Assembly: GCA_012295275.1 (NCBI GenBank)
Contig: CM022665.1
Span: 6,386,001 to 6,450,000 of the forward strand
DNA length: 64,000 nucleotides
Origin: Chrysomallon squamiferum
Taxonomy: Eukaryota > Animalia > Mollusca
Reading direction: 5' to 3'
Under the pieces are notes generated by a model. It had not been told where the DNA came from. It did no database searches and saw nothing but the letters and a program-made list of their open reading frames with translations. The position numbers were made by a program, and so were the translations under genes. Of this stretch, positions 12,552 to 27,700 are shown one piece after another; within the stretch, counting starts at the first letter, position 1, and every line of letters begins with the position of its first letter.

Positions 12552-15075
12552 TATGCATAAATATACCCATATTCACATACACCCATATCCACATATACAT
12601 ACTTGTATGATGAAAAGCAAGGACAAAGATGGATGACTTACACTGTGCACCCCACAATTCAATGACAAGAGAATCAGTCAGTATGAAATTAAGCAATGTC
12701 TTTGTCATCATTAGTGAAAACTGTTTGTGATAGTTGAAGTTCACAGTAGTTTTTCCCCACTTTGTGTCTGATGTCAGAGGTGTTGATTCAGCAAAGGCTC
12801 TGATTCTGAAATTTTTTTTAAATTTACATTTTTATTTTTATAAATTGACAGATAAACCGTCAGTTCATTGATTTCATTATTTTCATTTAAAATAACTGTA
12901 GGCTAATTTTAAAAAATATATATTTTAAAGTAAAGAATATATATTTAAAACAAATGTTTCTGTAATAAACTGGAATATTCAGAGTAAGTAATTTTGACTT
13001 TGTTGGTGACAAAGAAAGTTAAAACATTAAAAAAGTCTCTCTCTCCCACTCCCTCTCTCTCTTCCCCCTCCCTCCCTCTCTTTCTCCCCCTCACTCCCTC
13101 CCTCTCTCTCTCTCTCTCTCTCTGTTTTTCCCTCTCAGCTATATATAGATGGATAGATGGATAGTTGAACAGATAAAATAGATGGACAGATACACAGATA
13201 AGATATATAGACATAGAGACTGATATACAGTGAAACCTGTCAATGTAGATGCCCACTAACCTGGGATCTTACAGTATCTTCCTCTAAAATAAACACACTA
13301 TAATTCAGTCCCAGTGTGTTGGTTTAGTGTAAATTTAATTACATTATGGATGTTGTTTAAGGTCTACATGTACTTTCACAAAATGTCTTGTGATGAGTGT
13401 GGGTATGGGGGATGGGGAGTATGTAAAGTTATCCAGTCAAATAAGCTAAATTACCATTAAACAGTAAATGCTTCCTAAATTGGCACATGCACATCTTTAA
13501 TCTCTGTAGTCAGTGTTTACAGGTGTACATGCCTATAACCAAATTATACACAACAGCAACTCTGCTGATTTAAGATATAATTTAGTACTCTTCACTGATA
13601 TAGATCTCAGTAATGTAAATAGCATTTTATGTTAAACTGCCTCCTACTCATCTGCACAGTTTTAAAAACATACTACTTTACAAACATTTAATTATAAAAC
13701 AGGAGAAAAACAATTTTCATTTACCACAAAGACAAATATGTCTACGAAATAACTTTAGTGAAAAGAATGAACTTACTTGAGCAAGACCCCTCTGGATGCA
13801 TCTTCCATGACCCATCGCAGGCCCCTGCATTCAGACAGAGTCAAAATAAAGTCAAAAGGTTTGCCTAAGATATTCTCTGGGTCCATCATGTGATCTTCTC
13901 CAAAAGGTTTGCCCTTACTGTCACATGGAACCAACTGAACATAGAGGACAGCCTCTTCCTTGCCATGATAGTTATACAGAGGAAAATGTCCATCAGTGTC
14001 CAGGTTGTATGGCAGACCCTGCAGTTTGACATGGCAGCTGTAGTAAGTAAATAAAAAATTAGATGTTTAGATTTTCCTTTACATACTCAATAAAATACTA
14101 CATTTAAAATGTACAGAAAGAAATTAGGCACATATATCCTTAAATTTCTTATGATGGCTTGTACATAAAATTAAATTTTAATGAAGAGTAATAAACAGTT
14201 TATTACAACAGAATGAAAAAAAAAAATAATAAAATGAATGCTAGATGTCAATCAGTTGCAAGTATTAAAATTAATTAATAGCCAGTAATATAAATACTAT
14301 TATATATAATACTAAACATTACGCATCATTAAATTAAGTATGACATAAATGAAATTCCATTAATTAGTACCTGCTTATATTAAAACTAAATTGCTGTTAA
14401 AGTATTAATAAACAGTTTATTATAAATACATCTTACTGAAAACCATAAATAAGTAACAAAATATTTTTCAAATTTCTGCCAGTGAACATCAGTCAGAACC
14501 TAATAATAATAAAATAAAACTGCATACCTGGCCAAATAAATATCTTCAACTGGATCCCAGAAAGGATCTTTGTCACGTGACATGTGAACATGCTCTCCTC
14601 CAGTGTGCTTCTCATAAAGTTCATCCATCAGCATTTTCCTGTGTAAGAATTTGTCTTTGTCCCACACCCACACCTACAAAACAACATCTGTGATTAGATA
14701 TAAAATGGTTTAAATTAAGACACATTAAAATGTTTATTATGTTTTCCCATGCTATAAATAAGAAATAAACACAGCAGAAGGTATGGCTGATTCAATATGT
14801 TACCTTTTTAGTGTTTGTGTTAGTGACCTTCACAATGATCTCTTTTTCTTTGCCTTTGACTGATGTATCATGACTGATGAGACTTTTAATTTCTGGTTCA
14901 AACGTGACAAACTGAAAAAAAAAAAACCCATTAAATTAGTTCAAGTTAGCAACACCTTGGAGACATTAATATTTTCTTATTTAAAAAATATTGTTTAAAA
15001 ACTAAAATTAATTAATATTTTTAAACTAATTTAAATGTGTTTATCTTAGTATTATTAAACTTTTTATATTATTTT

Positions 15076-15106
<31 letters not shown>

Positions 15107-18100
15107 TTTATTTATTTATTTTATTTTTATTTATTTATATATCATTTTTGGGGTGTTTTTTTTGCCATAGATATCTACATTAATCAAAATAACAAAAATA
15201 TTATTATTATTTCCTCAACATCCCATTTTAAAATTACTCTAAATATTCAAATTTATTACAGAGAATATATACATGTTTTCTTCACTCCCATCATACATCT
15301 GTTTTTAATTAATTAGCCTACAGTTATTTTAAAAGAAAATCAATGAAATCAATGAACTGAATGAAGATGAAACGTCAAAATATTTAGAACTGTATAAAAT
15401 TGTGTCCACCTTCTTGAACTCTTCACTAATGGAATTTGCTTCAGAAATGAGAGGTTTGAGATCAACATATTCTTGAAAAATAATGTGAGTAATCTGATCC
15501 ATCACCATTCCCCCACTGCCAGAATCACCTCGTGGAGTCTGTAACTCAGCAGCCACACATTCATGTTCTGTCAGTTCCATCATGAAGTAATCAAACGTGT
15601 AACTCTCTATATTGTCCTTGCTCTCTCTTTCTTCTGGGAAACCCAGATACAAAAATAAATTGTTGGAACCAAACCTCAAACGATCCTGTGAATACAAAAA
15701 AAATATATAAATGTGTACTTTTTTAACCATAAATAACCATAAATTTAATCAGTTGATTGAGATAACCATAAATTTAATCAGTCTGTACAATTTTGTGTTC
15801 TTTACACAGTTAAATCAAAATGAATATTTTTTTATCAAAACTTCAAGATATTGTACAGCTATGTTTGTTTAGGTATCAAACATGGTGGATGTTTTAATTT
15901 TTTTTTTTTACATTGAATATAGAAACATTAGTATTATTAATTTTGTCTAAATATTTGCTTTAATTAAAAGCAAGATAATTTTTTTTTGATTGTTACATAT
16001 AGTTCCCTAAACATCTGTATATATTGTGTGATAACAAATAAAATGCATAACAAGAACTGTTTGTGTATTTCAATAAAATATTTTTAAATTTTTATACCAA
16101 ATGTTGTAGTTTTCTTTTAGTGAAAATGTGTTCTCCATTCACATAGACAAAACTTTCAGCACTGCATGGCCTAATGACAACTGATTTTCCATCATTCTCA
16201 GCTCGAGCATGCTGCTTTTGTATTCTGAAACCAACATCAAGCAAAAACATTTCTTTTATTCAATGTGAATAGAAATTTGAAGAAATGCTATTAAATTTGA
16301 ATTAAAACATGTTAGAAGTGAATATTTTGAATATAATTATGTTAAATTCCAGTGTATGTTGTTCAATATTAAGCTAGCAGTTTATGTAACAAAACAAAAA
16401 CAAATATTTGGGTGCTCTTATTTTTTTATTATAACTATCTTTTTGAAATAAACCCTCAAACTGTCCCCAAAAATAACAAAATAATAATAATAAAACAAAT
16501 AAATAAATAAATAAATAAATAACAAAATAAACTAACATAATGATGGACAAATCAACTTATTATTATTTTCATATAATATACTTGTAGACATGGTAGTGTA
16601 TAAATATAAATATTCTTTGCAACTCTGTTATTGTGTAACATAATCTTGTATTATTTTCTTTGCTCCTTTATTCATCCATGATGACCTGTGTCAATATAAA
16701 TTAAAGTTAACTCACCCAAATCCTTTGATACCTATTGTAACCTGATAACTGCCTGGTCTTCCAATGAGATTTTGACCTTAAAAACAAACAAATTAAATGC
16801 CTAAACAAATAACCCATTGAGTAATTGAATTCTAAACATATTGTTCATGTTCATGTTCAAATACATTAAGGAGTCTTATAAATAATGTCAAAACAGCAAG
16901 TTACTAATGTTATATTCAATTGTTTTGTATCATATTAACCAACTAACTAAACTAAATTGTCTTAGGACATAAAACATAAACTAGCTGTGTTCAGAGAACA
17001 GAAAACAGATTGTAAATCTCTTGCTAGGATTCATTTAACATGAGAAACTGACATATAACCTGAAAAATAGTCAAGTAACAAATATTTAAATTTCAGATTT
17101 GAAAAGATTTAATGTTTAAAGAGCTTAAAGAGCTACCATGAAGACTGGTTAATTTTATTACATGATTCTGTACCAGAAAATGATATGCTAAAGTACTGGA
17201 AAAAACATGATAAAACAAAGTTATCTCAGCGTAAAAGAAAATCCAAATTGTCGGATGTCTATTTTCAGTATCTATATCCATGAATGTATGATTAAGAACA
17301 GTGGGTGGGTAACTGCCCTACCAAAACTGGGCAAAGCAAAATGAAGCTAATGTCTGTATTTTAATCTTTGTAAAATTTTGGGCTAATCAGCCATTATGCC
17401 TCCTTTAACCAAAAAGTTCCCAAGGACCACTACCTATTCTTCTAAATGAATTATAAACAAACAAAATCTAATACAGAAGTGCAAGCCACACAGCTTGATA
17501 ATGCTAGTTCAATAATAAGAATTATAAATAAGCAAGATAAGCTACATTTCTGTACCTTTTGAAAAGCAGTGTTTGATTACACCTGTCAGCTGTGAGTCTT
17601 CATTGATGTTCATTATGTATGGTAAACGATCCCAGCAATGATGTCTGTCTGTACTGTTTCGAAACTCTTTTTCCCATTCCAGTCTGAAATAATAATCATT
17701 AGACTCTGCTTTTTAGAATACATTTCTTAAAACTTAAAAGATCATTTTAAAATACCAGTAATAATAGTAGGTTACAGCATTTTAATTTAGTGTGTTTTTT
17801 AACCATTACCTCCAAACTGTTCCACAGTCAAGTAAAAAACTTTGTTAATATTTTTGTCTATTACCTAGCCTCCTCTAGTCTCTGTTCCCATGTTTTCTGC
17901 ATTTCTTCCATACGTTTCTTGTTTTCTTCCAGCATTCTTTCAGCTAGTTCTCGGTCTGGGAAAGATGATATAGAGCTACATTCAGTTTCATAAAACAATT
18001 CATTTAAATGTTCTATTTAAGATCAGAGATATGAAGAAAAAATACAAGAAATATTTATTTATTTAATTTCAATTTTAATTTTAATTATTATAAACTGTCC

Positions 18101-21100
18101 CACTCAATCAACTGATTAGTCATTCACCTACTTTTCTTACTTTCTCAGTTGTCACATTCCCTTCTCAATATTTCAGTATAATTATGTTGACAAATGAAAT
18201 AAAACAAGATGTACCTTCTGCTATAGCTGGACTCTTAGTTCCTTGTGTTCCCTGCAACATACTAAGTAATCTGGCATTCTCCTCTTTCAGCTCTCGAATC
18301 AGTCGCTCTGTTGGACTCTCATTTATCACAGCCTTGTTTTGGATTTTCTTAGCTCTGAAAAAACATATTAATTATTACTTATAAAATATATAAGCTTAAA
18401 AAAAAGCTAAATGTAAAGGTTATTATATATTTGCAATAATGTAACCATTTTTCATTTGATTAAAACTTGTTTTAAATTATTGTAATTTACTGCTAAATTA
18501 AATTTCATATTCTGTCACATGATAAAATTAAATTACAAATACAAAATAACAAGGTATGAATAAATAATAATATACGATAGAAAATATCTACTTATTTCCT
18601 AATCTTATTTAATAAAATCAAAAAAGAAAGAATTAACAAGTAAAAGAATAATCTATTACGTACCTGCATTAGGGACTACTGAAATTACAAATATCATATT
18701 ACAATCTGATTTAACTAAATGTTACCTGTCAGCATATCTAAGAGTTGACAAGGTTTCGTCATAATTCATATCTGCTGGACTCAATGCAGCAATCTACAAG
18801 AAAGAAAAATGATATGAAATACTTTATGTAGTTTATGTAGTTTTGAATTAGAGCAGTGTATGTTACTTCATGAGATATTAAAACAGTTTTGAGTACATTC
18901 ATTACTACTCTTTTTGTAAAAGCATGAAAAGTGTTGTGTAATTTTATCTGTGTGGTTCGGCAATGGTTTTGTTTAGCAGACACTCTCCCTGAAGCTTGAC
19001 TTTTCAGATTTTTTGGTGTGATGCAATGCACACATAGTTCTGTTTTTTCAGTATCTTATATTATACTGCATTCTAATTTATCTTGAAATGATAAAATCTA
19101 TCTATATTGTCTTACAGTATTAAAGTATCTTGTTGCAATTGTTGGTTCTTTTTGTTGCTTTTTTATTTTAGATCCAAAAAAAGTTAACAATGAGTCTTTA
19201 CAATAAAAAAATATATACTAAAAAGGGAAAATTAATGTGGGATTTATTATTCCTGTAACAGAACTTACCATGATGGTTCTGCTGTTACCCCCAAGAGCTG
19301 ACTGTAGAAGTTTTGTCAGAACTGAGTCTCTGTATGGAACCATTATTTTCTTTTTTCCCATTGCAACATCTGCTAGAGCACTGAAATATTATAACCTTTA
19401 ACATTTACATATTTTTTTAACTATAATATATTAACTGAAGATGGATTTCTGTAATTTAATTTAAGTGAAAAAGGAAATGTCCACCAAAGCAGATAATACA
19501 GTTTTATTCTGTATATTTTTCATATTAACATTTTAATATGCTGTAGAAAACCTGGTAAAGATATAACAATAAATATCTATTTTTGCAAAATATATAAAAT
19601 TAATATGTATTATTTATCAGCATATTTAATATTAGTCATAACTTCTCCTTTTTACAGTAAAAAGTTGAATTAATTAACTAAGATATTTTTAAACACAACT
19701 GAAATATTTTTATTTCTGTAATTATTACATGACATTCTTCTGTAACAGTGGTATGAGAGTACATATATTTACTTATTTCTTTCTTTGTTTAATGCCATCT
19801 GACCACAAAAATATAAATAAAGCGTAATTATTTTAAAATAAGTCAGTGTACATATTTGCAACACACACACACACACGCACTATAATATATGATATACTGA
19901 AAAATAAATACAATTATCACAGATACTTTTACAATTGGATTCTTATAAAATACAAAATTTAAAAAGAGATGTGGATGAAATGTAAATGGCAATATCACAT
20001 TCTTGTTACAAAATACATTGTCACTGGCTGGTTTTAAGTTCAGACAAGCCACCAAAATGTAACACACCACCAACAAACATGAACAGCTGTCACACTGAGG
20101 TTAGAGGCCTTTTACAAAAATAAAAATGTGTGTTGAGTGAGTATGACCAATACGAGAGTGGTGATATGAAAGAGAAAATCTAGTACAGTCAGATACAGCA
20201 GATTTTTTATTTCATTTTTCCTCAAACCACATGGTCATCTTATATGGATACATCACATTATAGCCCAAAACATGCACTAAACAGTATTGATCCTGGAACC
20301 ATCATGGCTCAGGTTTAATCACACAGAATGCTATGAAATTTTATTCAGTTGTGTGGAATGTTCACAGTCTGTTTATCAATGGTTCTGATCTATTAATGTA
20401 AGTGTGTTTCTAGCACATACCTGATAACATTGCCCAGAGTGGACAAACTCTGATTAATGGCCGAACCCTCCTTAAGTCGATCTCCTGTTGCACCTGTGGA
20501 ATTTGCACGTTCACTTCCAGCTAAATCCACCAGATTTATTTCAGAACTTTTTGTTGTACTTTCACCCGACACATTTATGAAAATCTAGTGGCAATAAAGT
20601 TTTTTTTTATCAATATATCACTCCCAAAACTTAAAAATATACAATTTATGTTTTAAATTTTTAATTATTGCTACAGTCAATATAAGAAAACTATAAAGTA
20701 CATCCATTAACAATTTTATATTCTGAAATAGATTTATTTTGCTTTTTAAATATTTATTTTCAAGACTCAGTTGTCTGTTCCAATACCCAGAAAGAATTGT
20801 AATTATAATAAGACTGATATAAAAGTGACACTGACCTGTTCAAATTTGATTGTAATGACCATGTGAGAGCGGCTGCTTGTGGCATTCATATTGGTTGAAG
20901 CAGTGGTTCTGTTGTATGTTCCCTGTTCCATTAGTTTTTCAATGGCATTGTAATTTTTGACTGGCACTTGCTGCAAAATAAGTATCATCAACTTTAGTTA
21001 TCTTCAACAGAAGTTCAGTAAATGCAAACACATTCAAAATGATATATTACTTTATTTGTAGTTAAATAATGCTACTAATAATTCTGTAATTTGTAGCACA

Positions 21101-21161
21101 TTTACTTTGTAAGCCTTTATTGTTGTGCCTCTATTCTTTGAACATAAAGTTATTTTTAATG

Positions 21162-21214
<53 letters not shown>

Positions 21215-21688
21215 AATATGTATTATTATTATTATATATTTATGAAATTTATGAAGCAATAACCAATATTATATATGTATTAAGCTTAACTGTATGTGTA
21301 TACATTGTATACTGGTGAATTTATCTTCTAATTAAATATGAACAGATTATAGTTTTCTATTTAAATCATTTTTCTTTTCTTTTTCCAAGCACAATTATGT
21401 TGAAACAAAAATTCATTAAGTTCAACATTAATAATTCATATATATTTAGGAAAACTGTAGTAAATTATAGTTTTAGTTTTCATACCTTGAGTCCTTCAAC
21501 ATAAAATCCACTTCTGGGGTTCTGTCTAACTTTAAGCCCACCAACTTTTTGTTTGGCTTTTGACAACAAATCCCTGACTTGTTCATTGTAGATTTCTAAC
21601 ATGCTGAATGAAACCTGGAGTAATGAACAAATAAATGATTTTTATAACTTTTATTTGTGCGCATGTGCACACAAGCATGTGTGTGTGT

Positions 21689-21730
<42 letters not shown>

Positions 21731-24700
21731 ATATAATTATAAAGCTGTGTTCAACTACTACAAATATATTAATCTATTAATCAATTAAATAGCTAAAAAC
21801 AAGTAAGACAAAAATGTCCTAATGTTACTTGTATTGTGTGTGTGTGTGTGTGTGTGTGTGTTTATATAATTATAAAGCTGTGTTCAACTACTACAAATAT
21901 ATTAATCTATTAATCAATTAAATAGCTAAAAACAAGTAAGACAAAAATGTCCTAATGTTACTGGTATTGTGTGTGTGTGTGTGTGTGTTTGTGTGTGTGC
22001 ATTTGTAGTGATATATATATAACTTTTTTAATGATAAATGTCCTAAAATCATCAAATAAACAATTACTAAAAGCCTTTAACTTATTCTTTTCAATAAATC
22101 TTCTACCGATTTATTTTCATCTCTTCACCCAAGTATAAAGGTTTTTTTTATTATCGATGTTACACTTGATTTCACTTCATTACTGATAATACTGTGAATT
22201 CAGTTTATTTGCTTTGTGTCTGTACAAACTACATACAAAGAATAAACCAAACACCAAACCCCATGTCAGTCATGTTAATGTACTCAGAAACAAAACAAAA
22301 TCCTCACCCAACTTCTATATTTTGCTAATATTAATTATTATTATTAATAAAATTTGTACAATATGTTAATAATATTAAAATAAACATTTTATAATAGCTG
22401 TTTTGATTATAATTAATGGATAGCTATTTATGTAGGTTTGTATGTATGTATGTCAGTGTGTGCAACTGTAATTGTATCATGCATATATATTGTATTTCTA
22501 TAGTGATTTGATTATTAGCGATTTGTAATAATAATAATAGTATTAGTAATGTAAACAATAATAATAATAATAATGAAAAATAATAATAGCAATAATAATG
22601 ATGTAAAAAATATAATAATAACAATAATATAATAATAATGATGTAAAAAATATAATAACAATAATATAATAATAAAAGTAGTAATAATAATAATAATAAT
22701 AAATTATTAGCTGCATTACAAATGAAAATTCCAGAGTCAGTGTTAAACATGTGCCAAGAATGAAAACAAGGTCAGAAATGTAATAAAAATCTAAATTACA
22801 GTTAACATGCAAACATAAAATTTTGTTACAACCATTGTGTTTTTCAATTAGTATGTTAGTGTTACAAAACATATGTGTACAATCCCTTGAATATGTCAAA
22901 ACAAAAACCACAACCATGTATAAATAGTGAAAAATACAACAAAAATGCAAAAAAAATTAAATAAACAAACAAACAAACAACAACAATATTAATGATTAAA
23001 AAAAAGAATATGAAAATGAAGGTTAAAAAAGGATCAGTTCAAAGCTATTATTTCACAGTTAATTAATAAACAAAACTATTTAAGGTTTATTAAAATCATG
23101 CAGGTCTTAACTATCCAAAAACAGTAAATATTAATGCCTCATTTTCTTACAAAAAAACAGTTATCTCTCAATAACCACATGCATGGATAAATAACTGAAA
23201 ATAAAATCTTTATTAATTTTCAGAATTATTAATTTCATTATCACTTAAGTATGAACACTTGAAGCAGAAGCTATTGGATTACAGAAACATTTCACTTGGC
23301 CTGTGAGAGAAACAACATGTAAATAATTTTAAACAATGAACAAGTAAGTGGGGAAAGGGAACTTATTCATCCTCATAGGATAACAAGTTAACAAACATTT
23401 ATAACTTTTCTGACAGACACCTCAGACAAAACAGCAGTCTTGATTTAATAAAGACATCTAATTCATGCTGCTTCAAAAGGTTTCTCAGTTATGCAATTTC
23501 TCATTATGTCCCAAAGCATTCATTGTGGTTGAGGGTAACATGCAAAAGTTTAAAGCTCTGTATGTTTATTTCTCAAATGAAAATTCAAAACCTTCAAACC
23601 AGTTAACACAGAAATCATGTTAAAGTTGTTTTTTTTCTTTTTAAAGAAAACAAAGATAACTTAAAAATAATAATACTGTTTTGAACTGATCCTAGTTACT
23701 AAAATAGATAAATAAATATTTATATAGAAATAAAATATAAATATAATAAAAATATATGTGTGTACTTATGTAAATTGCTTATGAGTCACATTCAGGATAT
23801 TTAATACTAGCCTGCATTTCACTCTTGCATTCATTTTCCCCATTTTGTGAATTTTCCTAGTAAGTTAATAAAATAATTTAAAGATCAAACTTCTAGAGTT
23901 CATGCCTTATTATTTATCAGTTCATCTTTAATGTTTATAACTAGATACATTTGTGAACATATTCAAATTTTGTTCCGATCCATAACTAATTTTTATTTTG
24001 ACATTAGGCTGGGAAAGTAGATCACAGTGTTACATACAAATAGATAAATATTTTCAGTATTACATTTTTCTTAAAGATAAAAACCTAATATTCCAAATCA
24101 GATTTGTCTGTACAATACTGTCATCAATACAGAAGCAAAGAGATACTGTATGTATATATGTTTACATTAATTACTTTAAAAATACTGGTAACTAAATAAA
24201 AGTAAAACAGTATCTGGAAGAATACAAAATGTATCAAGTCTGTTCATGTGATCATGATATGCTAAGTAATGTTTTGAAGGATACAAACACTTAAGTAAAA
24301 AAAAATTTAAAATCTTTGAAAATAATCATTTCTCTTTTTCTTTTTCTCAGATTTGTTTGTTTGTTGTTATATATATATATATTTTTTTTTTTTCTTCTTC
24401 TTTTTTTTATTGTCCTCCCTTATATTTAATTTGACTTGTAATACATTTTTATATTTTACCAATTTTGGAGATGTCTTCACATATTTTTACAAAGTCACAT
24501 AAAAATTACTGTAAACAGTGATATAAAGTTTGTACCAGTAATCATTCTAAACATATATATGAAACAATAAATGGAAACCCGAACTGAATTTAAAATGATA
24601 TGATAATTAATTCTGGTTAATTATTATTTTCTTGAATCTACAGTTATATTGATATATGTATGAGTGAGCAAGTTAACTGTTGTCAACAGTCATTTGGTTT

Positions 24701-27700
24701 GATATATTGCTGTCTCACATGCAACAGCATTAATAAGCAAAGCACTTGTATTTCATTTCCAAATTTAAATACATTTATTGAGACATTAAATTTAGCAAGT
24801 AATCAGTTAAGCACTTGAAAGCTCATAAACTGAAATTGACATCTGCATTTAATTTTTTTCATACATTCTCATGTGAGCAGATTTTTCTGCAGTACATATA
24901 TAATTCGATGGAGAAAATTCATAACAGATATATTGTTGTAAATAACCCGGGAATTATTAAAACAATATTAAAATTTATAAAAATAACATACAGTGTAGAT
25001 GTTTCAAAGCATCTCACAGTGAGAGCTACTTCAATTATTAAGTTTCTGAACTTTTAGCTGTATGTACACTTCAAGAAAAATAAGTAAAATACATTATGGA
25101 AGGTTATATAATTATACTGAGAAATGTATTTGTCTCTCCAACAAGTAATTGTGCTATATTTTAAATGTCCTGGACTACACCATCACACCAGACTTTAAAT
25201 TATCAGCAATTTCAACTTTCCGCATAACAAAGCATCATGTTATATTTAAAACAAATAACATACCCGAAGTTGTTTTTCTTTCTCATTGTTGTTGTCAATG
25301 GCTTTGAAGAGTTCACCACATGTGATTGGAACAATTCCTTTATTAGCATTGTAACCAATCATAGAGTAACTCTTTCCAGACCCTGTTTGGCCATATGCAA
25401 ACAGGGCTGCATTATAACCTTGCCAGGCATTATCCAAAACTCCTTGGCCCAAGTCTTTGAAAACATTTTGCTGTGGAAGAAATATTTTAAATAAGCTTAG
25501 TCAGTTAAGTGATTGTTAGATCAAATTTATGTGTTGTTACAAGCGAGATAAAAAAAAAAAAAAAAAAAAAAAAATCCTGATATTTGAAGAAACCTCAGTG
25601 GCTTTGTACAAATCGGTCAACCCTGTTTGTGTTCAGAAACGTGTACGCATTCAATGTGATCCTAATTTTTTTTTTTTTTTTTTTTTTTTTTTCGCTTTTG
25701 TTCTTTGATGATAAGATTTTTTAAAATTGAAATAATAAATAAATAAAATCACCTGATCTGAGTAGTTGGATCCAGGATCTGCTTGGTATACGCCATTTGC
25801 GTCTTCCGTAAAACCGTCATGTGACCAATAGGAATAGTCGAAGGAAAATGTCTTAGTGTCACCATTTTCAGGATTTTTAATGGTGGTCGATTTTCCATCC
25901 ATAGAAATAATACATTTTGCGCCGGCATTTTTCTCTCTCTGCAATAAATTGTGTTATATAGTGTTTATTATTATTATTTTCTAATATACAATAAAAATTT
26001 CATTAAAACAGTTATAAAATTAATAAAATGGTATGTATTATTGCCAAATGGAATTAATTATTATATCAATTCGGATTTAAATTCACGCAGTTATCATTTT
26101 CATAGTGTTTGCAGATATGTAAGTTAAAGAAATCGTGTTACAGGTTAGAATCGTAGGCCGGCCAGACATTCTTTTTTAAACAAGACAAACCTGCTTTTGA
26201 AAACTCAAACTGTCCTCCGTCTTACGGCACCTCAGACGGGACGTTAATTTGTCCCATTTTCTTTCTTTCTTTCTTTCTTTTCTTTTTTATAAGTAGATGG
26301 AGGAGGAGCCTGTTGTTCCAGCAGGTGTAAAAATGAATATTAATATATTTTATTTCTTTATTTGTACTGTATGAATGCCTGTATCATGTATGTAACATAC
26401 AGAGTGGTTTATATAATAATAAAAAAAAATAGAGGAAAAAAGTTTAAAATTCAAAAGAAAAACACCTCAAGTTTTGATAACCCTTCCAAGTATATTTTGT
26501 ATATTTTATAAAACTTTTAAGAATATATTTAAGCTCATAATAAAAATGCTTAATTTAGGTCAGAAATAAGCATCAATTTTTTTAATATATATAAATTTTT
26601 AAATATTTTTTTTTTATATATATTTTGCTTATTAAGTAGACAGTGAAAAGACAGTAGGGAAATGTAGCATAATATTTGCCATATTCCAAATTAGTTCTTT
26701 GATTTAACAAGGTTTGTCAGATCTAAATCGCTGAAAATAGTGAGCAAATTACTGATAATAGTAGACGTTTTTTTGTTGTTTTTTTACGGACTGATACACT
26801 TTTCAGAGGAGTAAACTTCATATATATATATATATATATATAAATAATCATTTATTAACCTTCTTGTCATTAGATTAACCCAGTTTATTTTTAAAGTTTC
26901 CCCCCGAAAATAGCAGTAGCAAAATGTCAAAATGAGCCAAATTCACAGTGTATATCCCAATATGGAAAACCTGCACTTGACACTGTTACATTTAACAAGC
27001 TAGCATAATACTTATTTATGTTCGATAAACTGCCATTTTTATAAAGTAGGAGAGATATACTAATACACATTGGAAAATAAATTAGATACGGTAAGCGTGT
27101 TGCAGACGACAAAGGAAGATCACGATAATTAAATATCTGGAAATTTTCTAATAATACTTAAGTAATTATCTATATAACATGAAAAAAAAATATATATATT
27201 AATGAATTCTTCCTCTTATAACAGAATGACCAAGATACAGATTTATAAGTTAAAAATAGATCATGTAATATATACTTTTGTTATCCGAATTGATAAATAT
27301 GAAACATTTATACATACAGATACATATACAGGGTTGGATTTAATGTGCTTGCCGCCCATAGGCTAAAGAAATTTTACCGCCCCTGCTCAAGCTCAAGTCC
27401 CCCTCACCGTTCCCACTTAGTTTATATAATATGAATGGTTATAACTTATGATCTAGTTGAAAGCAAAAACATGGTTTTACATTTACATAATGATTTATTT
27501 ATAAATAAAATGTGAAAATACGAATTTATGTAACATAAACTGCCGCCCCTATCATCCTGCCGCCCTAGGCACTAGCCTGGAAAGCCTACATGGGAAATCC
27601 GGCTCTGTACATATACGCCCATATAGACACACTACAGCTATATATATGCATGTATACGCGCACGCACTCACGCGCACGCACACACACACACACACACACG

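Noticed and set aside
12945-13260. Extra kinesin exon suggested by the 103-aa ORF and the acceptor at 13261
   Set aside because: It runs through a MITE-like end and CT/GA repeats. The flanking exons 14037-13777 and 12805-12642 join in phase without it.
22424-22950. ORFs rich in poly-L/Y/I (also 7028-7348, 55484-55708, 56750-57079, 59208-59537, 59759-60116)
   Set aside because: They are translations of microsatellites (AAT, TAG, TA, GA, TG) and not genes.
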